Source: Amoeboaphelidium protococcarum X5
Taxonomy: Eukaryota; Fungi; Aphelidiomycota
Length of the DNA stretch: 64,000 bases
Reading direction: 5' to 3'
Assembly (NCBI GenBank): GCA_023515725.1
Contig: JALDTO010000266.1
Location: 2,124,216-2,188,215, forward strand
Shown: piece by piece, positions 12,762 to 27,262 of the stretch
Layout: each line of letters begins with the position of its first letter
How positions within the stretch are numbered: the stretch's first letter is position 1
Position numbers and translations under genes: made by a program
Notes under the pieces: model-generated
Databases searched by the model: none
The model's input: the letters and a program-made list of their open reading frames with translations, nothing else
What the model was told of the DNA's origin: nothing

Positions 12762-13413
12762 TAAGTCTATTTTATCTATAATCTATAAGGATATTATATA
12801 ACCGCAGAATGAAGGTAGAAAGGTGTTAGAGGCGAATAAATGGATAACATGGGTGTGACGTTGCAAGGTTACACATGACAGACTGACATGTGAACTATAG
12901 CTGGCTTGTAACAATGTATGATTGAAAACGGTCTATTGGGCATTCTTGTTGAGTGAGATTGGTATGTTTCTTGAATAGGCTTATGCAGATAGAATATTGT
13001 CTGATAATCAGAGTCTAAGGAAGTTATCATCAAGATCAGAGCTTTAATCATTTGAGCTTGATTGTGCAAGAGTGCTGAAACGGGAAAGTGCAACGTCATC
13101 AAGGCGTCCTCAATTAAAAAAGCGCCTCAAAATTGTATGCAGCTCTAATTTGTACACTTTAAGGCGGAATTTACATTTCATTTCTTTATAAGTCGTTGCA
13201 ATATTCTAGCCAATTAGACACAATTAGATATCGCACGTAATAACATAAAGTCAGGATGTATTGGCTGCGCCTGAGTCAAATGTAACCGCGACTGACATCA
13301 AAACAAATCAGGTGACTAGAATTCATCCGATATGGGAGCTTCTTTTTCTCATTAAACCAATTAATAGCAATCCTCTTTAACTATCACCACACAGTCTATA
13401 CTGTACATATATA

Positions 13414-14639
13414 ATGCTATCGAGTAACAAAAAGAATAACGAGGACGTGCCACATCATACTAGCAAAGATCATGGTGCCGCCCAGCCAGAGGAGAAGGGG
13501 AGTCGAAACGTTTCAACTGCTCCTGCCGATCAAACATAAACTGAAACACTTGACGGGTTCTTGGTGCTGGCACTGCGCAACCATAATGACAGAGAGCTCA
13601 TACTGAAACTGGAGTAGGATATGGAGTATTTTATATTGGATCAAAGGTAAGATTGCATGCATTATGCTCTTTATTTGAATCTCATAACCATCACTATGAT
13701 GACTGAATGTGTAGACGTTACCGACTCGCTTTCCCTCGCATGAATTCCTACCATCGTCTTGTTATCCATCGCGTCGCTTAGTACTACAATCTGGCGCATG
13801 TTGTCAATTCTAACAAGAATATAGTTATTTTGTACAGGACAGAGCACACGTTGATTCCTAATCTGAAACTATCTGACCTCATTGATTTGAGTTACGATGA
13901 TGCTTCTGCTGCTGGTGAATCTTCAAGGTAGTCGCGCTCTATGGCAGTGGCAAAGAGTCAAAGTGGAATGTATGGTGGAGATTTTCCCTTTATGTATCTC
14001 TATAATAGTATGTACGCTTACGCTCCAGCATATTAGTATACTCCAGATTACGTTCACGCGTCTTATAATTAGTATTCTGTCTAGCCGCAAGATACACCTG
14101 GCCGTGTTGTTTCAAGTGAAGGAAAATCATCGCGTTTATAAAATCCGTCCGTATAATTGGACTAACACTCTCTTGGTATTAATTTTATGCCCAATCCAGC
14201 CGCTGCTTATTAGTAAGAATCTGATATAGCATTGATCTCTAATCAATTCGCTGCAATGCACGTAGCCATGCCATACACTGGTTTGCTGCACGATTATTCT
14301 GCGTTAGCCTCATATGACGGTGTTAAAATCGACAAAAACATGGATGTTAAAGTGACGCACATATTGTTGATTTTGTAGTAATATTTAAGTCAATCTCTGG
14401 ATTCAAGGCTTAAAGAAATTGGTCAAAACACTTAAGTGATTTTCTGCTTACGGCAGTCCAAGAAGGGCAATAATCTACTCGTATTCTAGTCCACCATGGA
14501 GGCTGACCATTTTTTGAAATAGTGCAAGTAACATGATCTCAGGCAAGTCACGCGTTGGAATCCTCTAATAGATTTGGAAATGTCTGTACCTCCCGTGTAA
14601 CATCAGCGACCAAAAGGTGGTCGCCATTAAAGTCAATGA
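13414..14639 (+). CDS. R3H domain protein (R3HDM/ARPP21/Rbs1-like; intron 13647-13714)
   Basis: DRELILKLEQDM...FPRMNSYHRLVIHRVAQYYNLAHVV. Confidence 0.85.
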
Positions 14640-14781
14640 TATTGTCATAACTGGTACCTCAGCAATTGTTTCATTAATTAAAAGTGATTTATTATTACAT
14701 ATTAGTGGTTAACACGACATATCGCGCCTCGTTGAAGTATTTCCAATTTTTCGTATTATAGATCTTAATAGATGAACAGAA

Positions 14782-15639
14782 TCACTTTTATTGATATAAA
14801 ATGTCAAAGTGACCAGGACGGAATAGCAGATGCAGTTCAACTATATCATCTGTTCCATTCCAGTCAGTGGGAGTAAATCTGTGGAATATTCCTCTTTAGT
14901 CTGTCAATGCGCCTCCTTATGCATCCAAGTACGCTATATTCAACACAATGTTCAGAGCATTTACCAAAGCCACAATTTACACCTGATCAGCCTCACTGTC
15001 CATAGACTCGACATACATGCGACAAAAAGTGTCCATGTCTAGCACAGAATCGCCAGGTAGATTATTCAAATAGCGTGAACTATCGGATTGAGACAATAAA
15101 AACGGCAGGTACAACTCTTCATTGCATTTTAAATACGCGCTAGCTAGAAATCGCAGGTGCACCACAACAGCGTTAGAAATCATAATGTCATTCATGTCAG
15201 TCAGAAGACCACCGACATCCTTACCCGAGTTGGTAAGAAGACGGTAATACTCGTCCCAAAAGTCCACTATGGCAAACTCTTCATACCCGGCCCCGGCGAG
15301 CCAAAGCCAATGCTTTCCATTCGGTTTCTGAGCATCTTCCACAGCCTGCTACTTCAGCGTCTTTCGAGAGAGCAAAAATTCCAAATACGCAAAGGCCACA
15401 CATCTGTAGAAGCAATTCCCATCTCCTCTTATACGTCTAAACTGCCAATCGGCAACAGAATTCAACTTGACTAGAAATGGGACATTGTCCTTGTATTCTT
15501 GTTCAATCAAAGCCGATTTCACAGACTCTCTATCCCTAGACACCAAGTCCTTTGTATCTTTAATCTAATTTTCATATGCGGTAACTTGTTCAATCTCTTA
15601 AGCTGAAGATGCTATCTATTTAACCTCTTTATCTGCCAT
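14782..15639 (-). CDS. Otubain-like deubiquitinase (peptidase C65)
   Basis: FRRIRGDGNCFYR catalytic Cys motif; LLFRPGHFDILY His motif. Confidence 0.92.
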
Positions 15640-15856
15640 TATTGAGCTATAAATTGAACTCTTATCACGCTCAATGTGTATACAGTACAGGAACAAAGTT
15701 GATGGAAAGGAGGTTCATTCAAAGAGAGAAAAAAACGAAGACAGAGCTGAAACATTTGAATCGAAGGAGAAGTAGATATGGTATAAACACGACTAAAATA
15801 TATAAATTCCACAAAATAAATCAACAATTCATCTCCAAACTGAAATTATTATCGAC

Positions 15857-16108
15857 TCATCCCTTAACATCATCTTCATCTTGATCATCAATGTCAGATA
15901 ACAATTCCTCGTTAAGTATATCGCTCTGCATCAGCAAATCTAACAAGGACGCGTTCTACTCCCTATTCTTCCGAATCGCAGCCTTCAACTATGCCAACTG
16001 CCTTCGAAGCGTCTCATTTTCTCTCACAAGCTCTTCTTTACTTCGCTCCTCTTATAATGGCTACTATTATTATTACTACTATGAATCTCCTTAATTGATC
16101 TATTCCAT
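15857..16108 (-). CDS. Small coiled-coil protein (83 aa), possibly INO80 Iec3/INO80E-like
   Basis: MEQINQGDSQQQQQQQ...VRENETLRRQLAQLKAAIRKNREQNASLLDLLMQ plus an acidic tail; family resemblance is weak. Confidence 0.5.
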
Positions 16109-16357
16109 TACATATATGTGTTGATAATAATAATGAGGAATAAAGCGAATTTTCCCCCAATCGTGTATCAAGTACAAGGACTAGAGAGAACTCGAGAAAG
16201 AAAAGGTCAATCTCTCTCTCTTTTGCCCTCCTCAATCAGTGAAAGTCCGCGTTCTCTTCTTTCTTCTAATGATTCTGAATGACTGACTATAACTGAATCA
16301 ATCAATAGTGAACTTAGATTGCAAATTCAGTCAAGACTAGCTATAAGTAAAGACTGA

Positions 16358-19300
16358 ATGTCGTTTATTCATATGAATAAATTGAAATAGAAACGTTCTG
16401 ATAGCACAGTGAATGCTTAAATGTTACATGATGACACTACGCCTCTTATTGTGGACACTTAGTTAAACTCTTTATCGTCCTCTCATTAGTAGTAGTAGCA
16501 GTAGTAGTAACAGTCGATTGGTACTGCTGATCAGTATCAACAATCGATCTTTGTAAGGCTTGGATTGAAGACTGCCACTCCATTGGCTCGCACAATTTTC
16601 ATACCGTCAGATTAGAATGCGAATGTTGCTGATAGATTCCCAAGGAACGCCATCAAGAATCAGAAATATAATGTCATCACCTTCCTGCCTGTGGTGTTAT
16701 TTGATCAGTTCAAGTACTTTTTTAATTTGTATTTTCTATTGGTGGCCCTTTCATAGCTGATACCTGCACTATAAATTGGCTATCTGTTTACATATTTTGC
16801 ACCTCTGGCTTTTGTACTATTTGTCACTATAAGTAAAGAAGGTTATGATGATTTTGTTAGATATAAACGTGATTAGGAAGCCAATTCATAGCGCTATTGG
16901 AGGCTAGCACGTACTGGACAGTTTGAAAGTGTCAAGTCGGATGATCTCATGGTGGGGGATATAATCAAAGTGGAGAAGGACTGTAGATGTCCAGCTGATT
17001 TGATACTTTTGAAAGTTGCTTCTGAACATGCGTCTTGCTATATACGCACTGATCAAATGGATGGTGAGACTGATTAAAAGTTGAGGATTCCTATTGGTAT
17101 CACGCAGAAGTTACATGATATATAGTTGGTTGATGGATCTACACATGGAGAGGTTTACGCTGAAGCACCTCATAAGGACATTTACAGTTTTATAGGCAAT
17201 TGTAAAGTTGGAATGGAATAAGAGGCTCTGACTGTAGAGAATACTATATGGGCCAATTGTGTTGTGGCTAGTAAGTCTATCCTTGGCCTGGTGATTTACA
17301 CTGGCTCTGATACTAGAGCTTAACTGAACACATCGCACCCGAGCAGTAAAGTTGGTCTCATCGATTTGGAGATTAATAATCTGAGTAAGATTTTATGTGG
17401 CGTACTGGTTGCAGTCTCCATCTTACTAGTTGGGTTGCATGGGTTTATAAACAAGTGGTACATTTACCTTATGCGCTTCATTATCATTCTATCTTCCATT
17501 GTGCCGCTGTCTCTACGTGTCAATATCGACTTGGCCAAGACTTGGTATTCATACTCGATAATGCGTGATAAATTGATTGAAGAGACTGTGGTGAGATCAT
17601 CTACTATTCCGGAAGAATTGGGTAGGATATAGTATCTCATGTCTGATAAGACTGGAACTTTGACCAAGAATGATATGGAGATGAAAAAGTTGCATCTGGG
17701 CACAGCATCGTTTAGTGCTGATGATCCTTCGATTTATGAGCTTTTGTAATCGAGTGGCAGTGGACATCCACTTAGTCCAAGTACTCCTGGTCATTCTAAG
17801 CCTTATAAGAGTCGTGATCTTTCTTTCAGATTATCAGAGTTCCTGCTTGCAATGGCTTTATGCCACAATGTCACTCCCGTACGAGATGATAGTGCTCCCA
17901 ATTCTTCTACTTCAGATGAAGCTAATGGCACAATCAGTAATAATCGTCCAAAGAGTCAATAGTATGAAGCTAGTAGTCCAGATGAAGTTGCAATTGTTAA
18001 ATTTGTAGATTCTGTTGGAATTTAATTATCAGATAGATCCATGACTAGTATCACCTTATTAAAGTAGAGTTAGCAGATGAAGTTTGAGATTCTTAATCTA
18101 TTTCCGTTTACATCAGAGACTAAACGGATGGGAATTATAGTTCGTGGTGAAGACTCTAGGATAACATTCTACCTAAAAGGGGCAGATGTGGTCATGTCTA
18201 AACTTGTGCAGTACAATGACTGGCTCGATGAAGAGTGTGGAAACATGTCTAGAGAAGGATTGAGAACTCTGGTGTTTGCAAAGAAGGCCTTGTCATAGGA
18301 GTAGTATGATAGCTTCTCGAAATTATATGAATAAGCCAAGTTGTCTGTTTAGAATCGTAACGCTAACGTGGCATCTGCTATTGCAACCTTGGAGAAGGAT
18401 TTGGAACTTATTGGTCTCACTGGAGTGGAGGATAAGTTGTAAGATGATGTAAAGATTACCCTAGAAATGCTTAGAAATGCAGAGATCAAAATATGGATGC
18501 TCACTGGCGACAAGATTGAAACAGCGACTAACATTGCCATTTCTAGTCGACTAGTATCTAGAAGTCAGACTTTGTACTGTATATCGAGACTAAACAATGA
18601 GATTGAAGCTAATCGTGAACTTGATCAGTTGGAATCACAATAATTGGATACTGCTCTCATTATTGACGGGCAGTCTCTTTAGTGGTGTCTTGATCATCTG
18701 GAGGCTAGATTTTTCTAGGTGACTATGATGCTCCCAGCAGTGATTTGTTGTAGATGTTCACCTACGTAGAAAGCTGCTATAACCAGCACTATGAAGAGGT
18801 ATACAAAGAAGCGCATCTGTGCCATTGGAGATGGTGGAAATGATGTGTCCATGATCTAGGCTGCACATTGCGGAGTTGGAATAGTTGGCAAAGAGGGAAA
18901 ACAGGCTTCTCTGGCTGCAGATTTCTCGATTACTCAATTCAGTCACTTGGGAAGACTTTTATTCTGGCACGGCCGTAACAGCTACAAGCGAAGTGCAAAG
19001 TTGACGCATTTTGTCATGCATCGTGGTCTGATTATTGCCATCATTCAGGCAGTATTTAGTGCCATATTCTATTTCACTCCCATCGCCTTGTATTAGAATT
19101 TTATTGTAGTTGGCTATAGTACGGTGTATACGATGCTGCCAGTGTTCTCTCTCGTCCTCGACTGTGATGTCAATGATGACGTCGCCATGACGTACCCCGA
19201 GTTGTACAAAGATCTCACCAAGGGAAGAATTTTAAATTTCAAGACGTTCCTAGAGTGGCTTCTCATATCCATTTATCAGGGCGGAGCGATTATGATATTT

Positions 19301-19618
19301 GCACTCCTCCTCTTTGAAGATGATTTCCTACGAATAGTGTCGATATCGTTCACCGCTCTGATTTTCAATGAACTGCTTATGGTTGCTCTAGAGATTGAAC
19401 GATGGCATATTCTGATGGTTTTGGCAGAAGTACTCACCCTGGCCGTCTATTTGGCGTCAATGTACTTTTTAAAGACTGAATTCGATCTTCAGTTCATTCT
19501 TACGTGGCGATTCGTGTGGAAAACTGCAGTCATTGTCTCCATTAGTTGTATCCCGCTGTATGTTATTCGCGTTCTCCGTCGCTACTACTCTCCTCCAATT
19601 TACTAAAAACTTAATTGA
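16358..19618 (+). CDS. NEO1: P4-type ATPase phospholipid flippase (Neo1/ATP9)
   Basis: [62 protein letters not shown]; C-terminus PPIYQKL. Confidence 0.95.
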
Positions 19619-19996
19619 CGCTGTGTAATCAATCATAGTTGGATTAAATACATTCTCTCGCTACTGTACTTGCTTTGATATCTCTATTAAATATTGATAT
19701 GGATGAAATCCTTCGTAAATGCACGATGCGATGTACAGGATTTTTGTCCTATTAGCTTTAAATTGATCTTGGAGAATAGTTAGCTTATATCGATCTCATT
19801 GTTGCTCTCGGCATAGATGACCTTAATCGCTTCACTTCATACGACTAGTGATTGATTCTTTTTGACGATTTGCTTTTGACTTCTGACGAATCCCAACTTA
19901 ATCATCAACTCACTGCTTAATCTCCTCTTGCTTTATTACTCAATCAGTATTTAAACTTTTTAACTAAAGTTATCAGGTTTTTAAGTAACAAAAATA

Positions 19997-22222
19997 ATGA
20001 AGGCGAATCAGCTGATTAAGGAGAAATCTCCGTACCTGTTACAGCATGCGTTTAATCCTGTTGAATGGTATCCGTGGGGATAGAAGGCTTTCGAGTTGGC
20101 CAAGTAGCAGGACAAGGCTATATTTCTATCCATCGGGTATACAACGTGCCATTGGTGTCACGTTATGCAACATGAATCCTTTGAAGATGAAAAGACTGCA
20201 GAAATCATGAACAAGTACTTTATCAATATCAAGGTGGACCGCGAAGAGTTGCCCGATGTCGATAGTGTGTACATGACCTTTGTGTAGGCCACGAGTGGTC
20301 GCGGTGGTTGGCCATTGTCTTGTTGGCTCACACCAGAGTTGAAGCCTTTCTATGGTGGTACGTACTTTCCACCGCGTAATCATTATGGGAGACCAAGTTT
20401 CATCAATGTGTGTGAACTGATTCATAATAAATGGACCTCGGATCGATCCAAATTATTAACTTCTGCGGATAATGTTTACTTGCAGTTGAAATAGGCTCTG
20501 CGAATGGAATCTACTTAATCTGCGGGTGCACTGCAGGATTCTAATGCTTGGAAAGTGGCTAATAAGTGCTTCAAGTATTACCAATCCCGCTATGATTCTG
20601 AATATGGTGGATTTACACCTGAGCCAAAGTTCCCCACTCCATCTATATTCCAATTTCTCTTTGCATATCACCGCTCTGTGACTAGTAGGTTGCGTGACCT
20701 ATCTAAACTATCCTCTACATCTTCACAAGATAATGATAAGTATGAACTTGCTCGTAAACTTGGCTTTGATGATTAGAGTTCATCAAAGTCTACGACTAAT
20801 GCGGAAGTCTATCTGTAGTAAATGTAGGAGAATGCCGAGTCGGCGAAAGATATGGCTCTATTCACATTGAAAAAGATTGCTCATGGTGGAATACATGACC
20901 ACGTAGCCAAAGGATTCCATAGATATTCGACTGATAATAGGTGGCACGTTCCTCATTTTGAAAAGATGCTTTATGATTAATCTCAATTGCTAGTTGCCTA
21001 CTCTAATGCTTACTCTATCACCAAGGATCAGTTCTATCTTGACATTGTGAGAGACATTTGTGAATACATGAACAGAGATTTAGGTAATAAAGATAGTGAA
21101 CATAGCGGTGGATATTATTGTGCTGAAGATGCAGACTCGTATCCTCATGATGGAGCTTAACATAAGCTGGAAGGTGCATTTGCTGTGTGGACCAAGTCGG
21201 AGGTTGAATAGGCATTGGGAGAGGATGCAGAGATGTTTTGTGAGTATTATGGGGTTAAGCAGGATGGTAATGTTCGGCCAGATTTGGATATTTAAGGAGA
21301 GCTTAGTGGTAAGAATGTTTTAATACTTGATAAGGATGTTAAAGCTGAAGATTGCGATGTCATGGATTAATGTTTAAAGAAGTTGTATGGTGTGAGGTAA
21401 TAGAGACCAAAACCTCACTTGGATGATAAAATTTTGACTGCTTGGAATGGATTGGCGATTCACGGTCTGGTTTAGGCATATAACTGCTCCATGAATAAAG
21501 AATATCTAGATAACGCTCTTAATGCAGCCAAATTCATTAAGAACAATATGGTGAACGCAGATGGTCAATTGATTAGAAGTTACCGGGAAGGACCATCAGA
21601 TATTCGTGGAAGCTGTAGTGATTACGCGTTCCTTATTTAAGGATTATTAGCACTTTATTAATCTACTTTCTAGTCTGAATGGTTGGATTGGGCTGTCATT
21701 TTATAGAGAAAGTAGGATGAGTTGTTTTATGATTCCCAGCATGGTGGATATTATTCATCTAGTGATAAGTCTCTTCTGTTTGAATTAAAAGAGGATCATG
21801 ATGCTGCAGAGCCAAGTCCCAATTCTGTGTCCATGTTGAATTTGTTGAAGTTTAGTGCCCTGCGCGGCGATTAATCATTTATGGATAAGTCGAAGTAGAC
21901 GTTTAGGTTATTCAAAGACAAGTTGGAAGATCATCCATGGTCAATGCCGCTGATGGCTGCTTCTTATCTACTTTAGGATGTGGGATTGAAGACGGCTGTT
22001 TATATTGGCTTTTAGGATAGTAATGAGTTTGTTGAATTACATCAAGGTGTCCTTAGGGAGCATTTACCAGATGTGGTGTTGTAGCATGTTATAGATAGTT
22101 TATCTTCAGAGTTGAGGGAGTCTAGTGGTGCAGACGAAAATGCCTAAGTGCATATATGTCAGGATTAGAGCTGTGGAATGCCATGTAAAAATGTTAGAGA
22201 GCTGCTCGACGAACTTTCATGA
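19997..22222 (+). CDS. SPATA20: SPATA20/YyaL (DUF255) thioredoxin-like plus six-hairpin protein
   Basis: [67 protein letters not shown]. Confidence 0.93.
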
Positions 22223-22325
22223 ATTAATTTATACGAAAAATTCTATTACTAGTTATTCACTGATCTATCACCTTTGCTCTTCAACATGCGGATCACATCC
22301 TGCCGATGCTATTTTACTAAATAAA

Positions 22326-23683
22326 TCAATCCTATTCATGAAGAGCCTCCTGATCTTCTACTATTTCTTATTATTTTAGTATCTGCTTTTCACGCTGCAG
22401 ATCTTTCAAGTCCAGTAAAATGCAGTCTTAAGGTTTAGACGCACCAACTTCAGTCACTCTGTAAGCGTGGGCTCTCTTACCACGAACTTTTAGCCTTTCA
22501 AACTTAAACCATTTTTAGTCATCATCCGAGTCATCATCCGAGTCATCAGAATCTGGGGCCTCTTTTTACTGCAGTTCCTTATATCTGTCCTTTAAAACAT
22601 GCAACTAGTATCCTAAATGAGTGGCGTTTTAGTAATTAAACTCATAAACTGGGGCAGACTCATATTTGAACTTAACTAATTTATCGATGTCCTCACTTTG
22701 TATTATCTTACCTCCAAATCCAAAATCGTTAAACCCCTATTTCTATTTCCCTGTTACAATAACGGGTTCTAGACTATTAGGCTCCTCGGGTTTCTATTAT
22801 TACTTGAGGACAATGCCTTGGCCCCAAAAATAAAGTAACAAAACGTAGAAGGGGAACCTTTTAACCATCTTGATTAAATAGTTTGTCTCCTCACGCGCAA
22901 CCACTATCAGCTCCCCAAAAGTTTCTGCCATGAGTGCTGCTGTTCTTTTGGAACATTCGAAGCCACTTTAATTACTTTGAAATAAAGACCGTATTCGTTT
23001 TTCTACACTTTACTAGATATTTCATCTTAGGTTTGAAACGATGAATCCATATAAGAAGTCGCAAATATATTTTCCAACCATGCGTGTGGCATATCTCTCC
23101 CACATTTGCAGAATAACGCGTAAAAGACTGATCGAAACAGCGCATGTCTTTGCGACTCTAAACCAGAGGGATATTTCGTTATAGTTACTTAGTATGTCTT
23201 CAGATTTGTTTATAAGCCCCAAGAGCCTTGAAATTTAGAGCCCTGTTATTTGCATTATCTTACTTTCAGCTCAAAATAACTTCCATTTTCCGAGTGGCCT
23301 CTTTTCTCACTTTGAAAACGTAGGTCCAAACCCTAAAATTATACGTTTTTACCCAGGATAGAGTCTTGTTTCTTCTCGCATTAGAACCATTAAACTTGAG
23401 CGCAAAATCTGATTTCATCTACGACAGTGCAATGAAAGAACTGAGTAACCAGCAGGAAAATTGCATCAAACTGCTTTAAGGACAAAGCTAGTGCCTGCTT
23501 TTATACTTCTGGGGACTATTTAGATATTAGATGTCTTCTGTCATAACTTAAAATTATTGCCTCTATCTTTTCTAGGGTCTCGTGACATATCTGTTAGACT
23601 TTCTGCGTATTGATTTACGCAGAGAGAGTCTCAGGTAATTGATCTTCTTTAGGAGGGTGTTATTTGAAAGTAGGTAGTTTCAT
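22326..23683 (-). pseudogene. Degenerate orphan coding region, possibly a tyrosine-recombinase relic
   Basis: 258-aa ORF (22907-23683) plus an offset downstream frame; weak YR-like pattern FFHCTVVDEI...HSWQK...IQSRW-x8-Y broken by TGA. Confidence 0.3.
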
Positions 23684-23926
23684 ATAAACGTAGGCCAAAA
23701 TATTATAAAACATCTTTGAAAATACTAAGCGAATTTAAGAAAGTGCAATAGGATAAGAAGACGTTATTTATCGATGCAGCAACCGATTAGGATATAAATG
23801 AATAGGTTGTGTACGATACGGAATATTCGGAAAGATCTTTGCTGATCGCTGTTGTCATGGCCGATTTAGCTCAAAAAATTATGATCGCTTTAAACTCCTT
23901 AAGATAATAAGGCTTTGTTTTATTAA

Positions 23927-24913
23927 TCATTGTTACCCATTATTATCCTACTCTTCATTTATCTATCCAGCAGAAGAAGAACCGCCTGCACCAGCACCAC
24001 CCATAGCGGCCATCAAATCTTGCAAATTCGGCATACCACCTGCTCCACCTTAACCACCAGCACCGCCCATCATATTACCCAGCATTGACGCCATCTACGG
24101 ATTAGACATCACCTACTAGGCCATATTCATAATCGCTGGATTGCTCATCAGTGCGTTCAAGTCCATACCGCCCAGATTAGGTAATCCACCAGCAGCACCA
24201 CCAAGCGGATTAGCACCCGGAGCAGATCTAGTACTAGATGTACCAGAACGAGCCTTCTAACGCGCCGTGGAAAGACTATTCTTGGTGACTTCATTCGATG
24301 GATCCAACTCTAGACTCTTCTCATACGCTTTAACAGCATCTTCATACTTGCCCAGAGAGTAGTATGCTAATCCCAAACGACTGTACGCTTTCACAAACTT
24401 TTCATCAATTGCAATGGCACATTCACAATCCTTGATAGCATTCTCATGTTGGCCCAACTGACTATAGGCAGCAGCGCGGTTGCTATAATACACTGGATTA
24501 GAGGCATCTAACTCAATTGCCTTACCATACTGTTCAATAGCTTCGGCATACTTTTTCTCCACCAGCAGCTGATTACCGCGCTTCTTCACCTCTTCAGCTT
24601 CCTTCTGCGTCTATGCCGATGACGAAGAAGATGAACCAGCAGCAGAGGACTCGGCAGTCTACTTCTAAGCGCCCTACTATGACTTTTGCATATTCAGATA
24701 CACGTCAAAGATGGACTTTAATGAAGCGGGCTTGATGCTATACTTGGCAGCTTCAGTTTCCTCCATAACTCTAAAAGCTTCCAGTATGCACGACTTGGCA
24801 ACACCCAGTGACTCTACGTCGTCTCCCGTTATAGCTCCGGAACTGACCAGCTGATCCAAATACTCTCCAATCGCGACTGCTAATCTCTTGTCTTTATCAT
24901 CCAATTCAGTCAT
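23927..24913 (-). CDS. SGT2: SGT2/SGTA TPR co-chaperone
   Basis: N-terminal dimerisation domain (ESLGVAKSCILEAF), three TPRs (YYSNRAAAY, KAYSRLGLA), Met/Gly-rich STI1-like tail. Confidence 0.93.
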
Positions 24914-25279
24914 CTTACAATTTTATGACTTATAATTTTAAAACTATCTTTAATTTACTATTGATTAGAAAGCTTTTTTTGAGTGTGGAGGGATTGTTAC
25001 GAGACGGGACGAGCGAAGAGCGCGGCTATTAGCATTTGCAGTAATCATCTCACTCCCTTACTCCTACTCACCTAGACTAAATCTGCATACCTATATAGCC
25101 AAAAACCTAAAATCAGACATATATAGTATACTTACGATAGATTGAAACACTATATTTTATTATTTTATTTTATTTTATTCACATTCTATATCATATAAAA
25201 AAACACAATAAAATATATACATTTTCATTATGCACTTAAAAAACTATATAGATAAGGCTAGGTGACTTAGATGGGATTT

Positions 25280-27118
25280 TCAGATAAGCCCTTTACTGTA
25301 AGGAGTTCCGGTCATGAACCAAACATCGTCAACGCGCCATTCGTGACCAGCTTTATCATAATAATGTCCTTTTTGACCATGTTTAATGCCGCCTTTGCAA
25401 TCATCAGGAGTCTCGACGTAATCAACCACATCAACAGTGTCCACTTCATTCAGAGGTTGCAATGCCTTGACATTGTCTCCACTTATGAAGCCTAAATCAT
25501 GACCATAAAGTTACAGACACGCCTTAAGTTTAGGTAAGGACACCATTACAGACTTGTCTTTAGGATTCGCAGATTTTTCAATACACAAGGGTTAAGCATC
25601 AGCTTCAATAGCTAGCTTATGCAGAGCTTCAAAACCATTCACCGCTTTATAGGACACGTTGGTAAAAGGACTCAATGTTCTATTACCAAACACTTCTTCG
25701 ATATCAATTTAGCCATTTCCATTCATATCAGGCATTGCTAGCATTACATCACCACCATCAGCTCCGGCATGTAGTTCAGTTACATTGCTTGGATCCAACC
25801 AGATACCTGTGCCAAACTTGACTTGAACGCGCCAATCATAGTTGACATCAAACACCAGAGGGGATGCACAACAACTACCAGCAGAATCTGGACTATAATC
25901 ACCCATGTCCGGAGGAGGGGCAGGAGCAGAAGGAGGAGGCGGTGGAGGAGGCATCACAGGACTAGGAGGCTATCGAGGAGTATCTCTAGAAGGTGGACGT
26001 CTGTCTGGAGGTGGACTCCTGTCGGTAGGTGGGCGACGAGATGGAGGAGCATCCGGTTCAGCAGGCGGTTAAGGAGGACGCTCACGAGGTGGTGGAGGAG
26101 GTGGAGGTTAATTTGGCGGTGGTGGAGGATTAATAGGGGGAGATGGAGGAGTATCTCTAGAAGGTGGACGTCTGTCTGTAGGGGGACGACGAGATGTAGG
26201 AGCATCCGGTTCAGCAGGTGGTTAAGGAGGACGCTCACGAGTTGGTGGAGGAGGTGGAGGTTAATTTGGCGGTGGCGGAGGATTATTAGGAGGAGATGGA
26301 GGAGTATCTCTAGAAGGCGGACGCCTGTCTGTAGGGGGACGACGAGATGTAGGAGCATCCGGTTCAGCAGGTGGTTAAGGAGGACGCTCACGAATTGGTG
26401 GAGGAGGTGGAGGCACATTAGGAGGTGGTGGAGTAGGTTCATCAGGAGTTGGTGGTGGAGGTTGCGGCTATCTTGGATTCCAGAAAGCAGGCGTACTAAC
26501 TGTTAATGATGTAGTTACACTTGGCGAGGATGTCACAATAGTACCAGTGGACACTGCAGTTGTAGTAGAAACCTTATAAGATGACTGATACTTAGTAGAG
26601 GTAGATACAGTTGTATTCGTATATGTAGATGGGGTGCTAAACCAAGACTAAATCACCATAGAAGATGGCGTCTCACCAGTTACTAAAGTAATCTTAGTGG
26701 TAGTAGTCAACATTTCTGTTGTATCAACTTAAGACGACGTACCAACACTACAAAAAGAGGAACTCGAAGAGACCTTAGTCTGAGTGGCAGGAATATCCAA
26801 TGAAGTATTTTGATCAAGAGTTCTAGTGAATTGGCACGTTGCGCAAGGCGTGCTTTTAACAACAACCAGAGAAGTGGAGGAAATCGCGTGAGTTGTGACG
26901 CAAGTGGTAGATACAAATGTACGAGTACTAGCAGTAGAGGAGCAGGATGTAGATGTTTGTTGACTTGCTTTAGGGGCACAAGATGCACAGCCATCAGGTC
27001 CACCACTAGCAGTTACATTGTCCCTCAAACGGCACTTGATCGCAAGACCGTCGTTTGGCATCGCACGCGTAAACATCACAGCGGACGTTAAAAGCGAGCA
27101 CAGTTTTAACAGTAGCAT
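25280..27118 (-). CDS. Secreted Ser/Thr- and Pro-rich stalk protein with C-terminal FrpC self-processing-module-like domain (family copy A, 612 aa)
   Basis: Signal peptide, IKCRLR...CASC, S/T-rich region, Pro repeats, then CCASPLVFD...DMNGNGQIDIEEVFG...NGFEAL...QKGHY...DDVWF. Confidence 0.85.
25981..26410. repeat. Intragenic tandem repeat, 153-bp (51-aa Pro-rich) unit, about 2.7 copies
   Basis: TATCTCTAGAAGG recurs at 25981, 26152 and 26305; encodes PPPPPxRERPPQPPAEPDAPTSRRPPTDRRPPSRDTPP. Confidence 0.9.
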
Positions 27119-27262
27119 TATCGCTATTAAGTACAATGACAAACTTGAATGTAGAAAGATAAGCTGTGTGCTTGGTAGAAAATAGAAAAAGAGCAACATA
27201 ACGATCAGTTACAGAAGTAGTTTAGGCAGGTCCAGAACACAAATTCATCCTTGGCATTAGAA

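Noticed and set aside
25823-26506. 227-aa Arg/Trp-rich plus-strand ORF
   Set aside because: Antisense shadow of the Pro-rich repeats of family copy A
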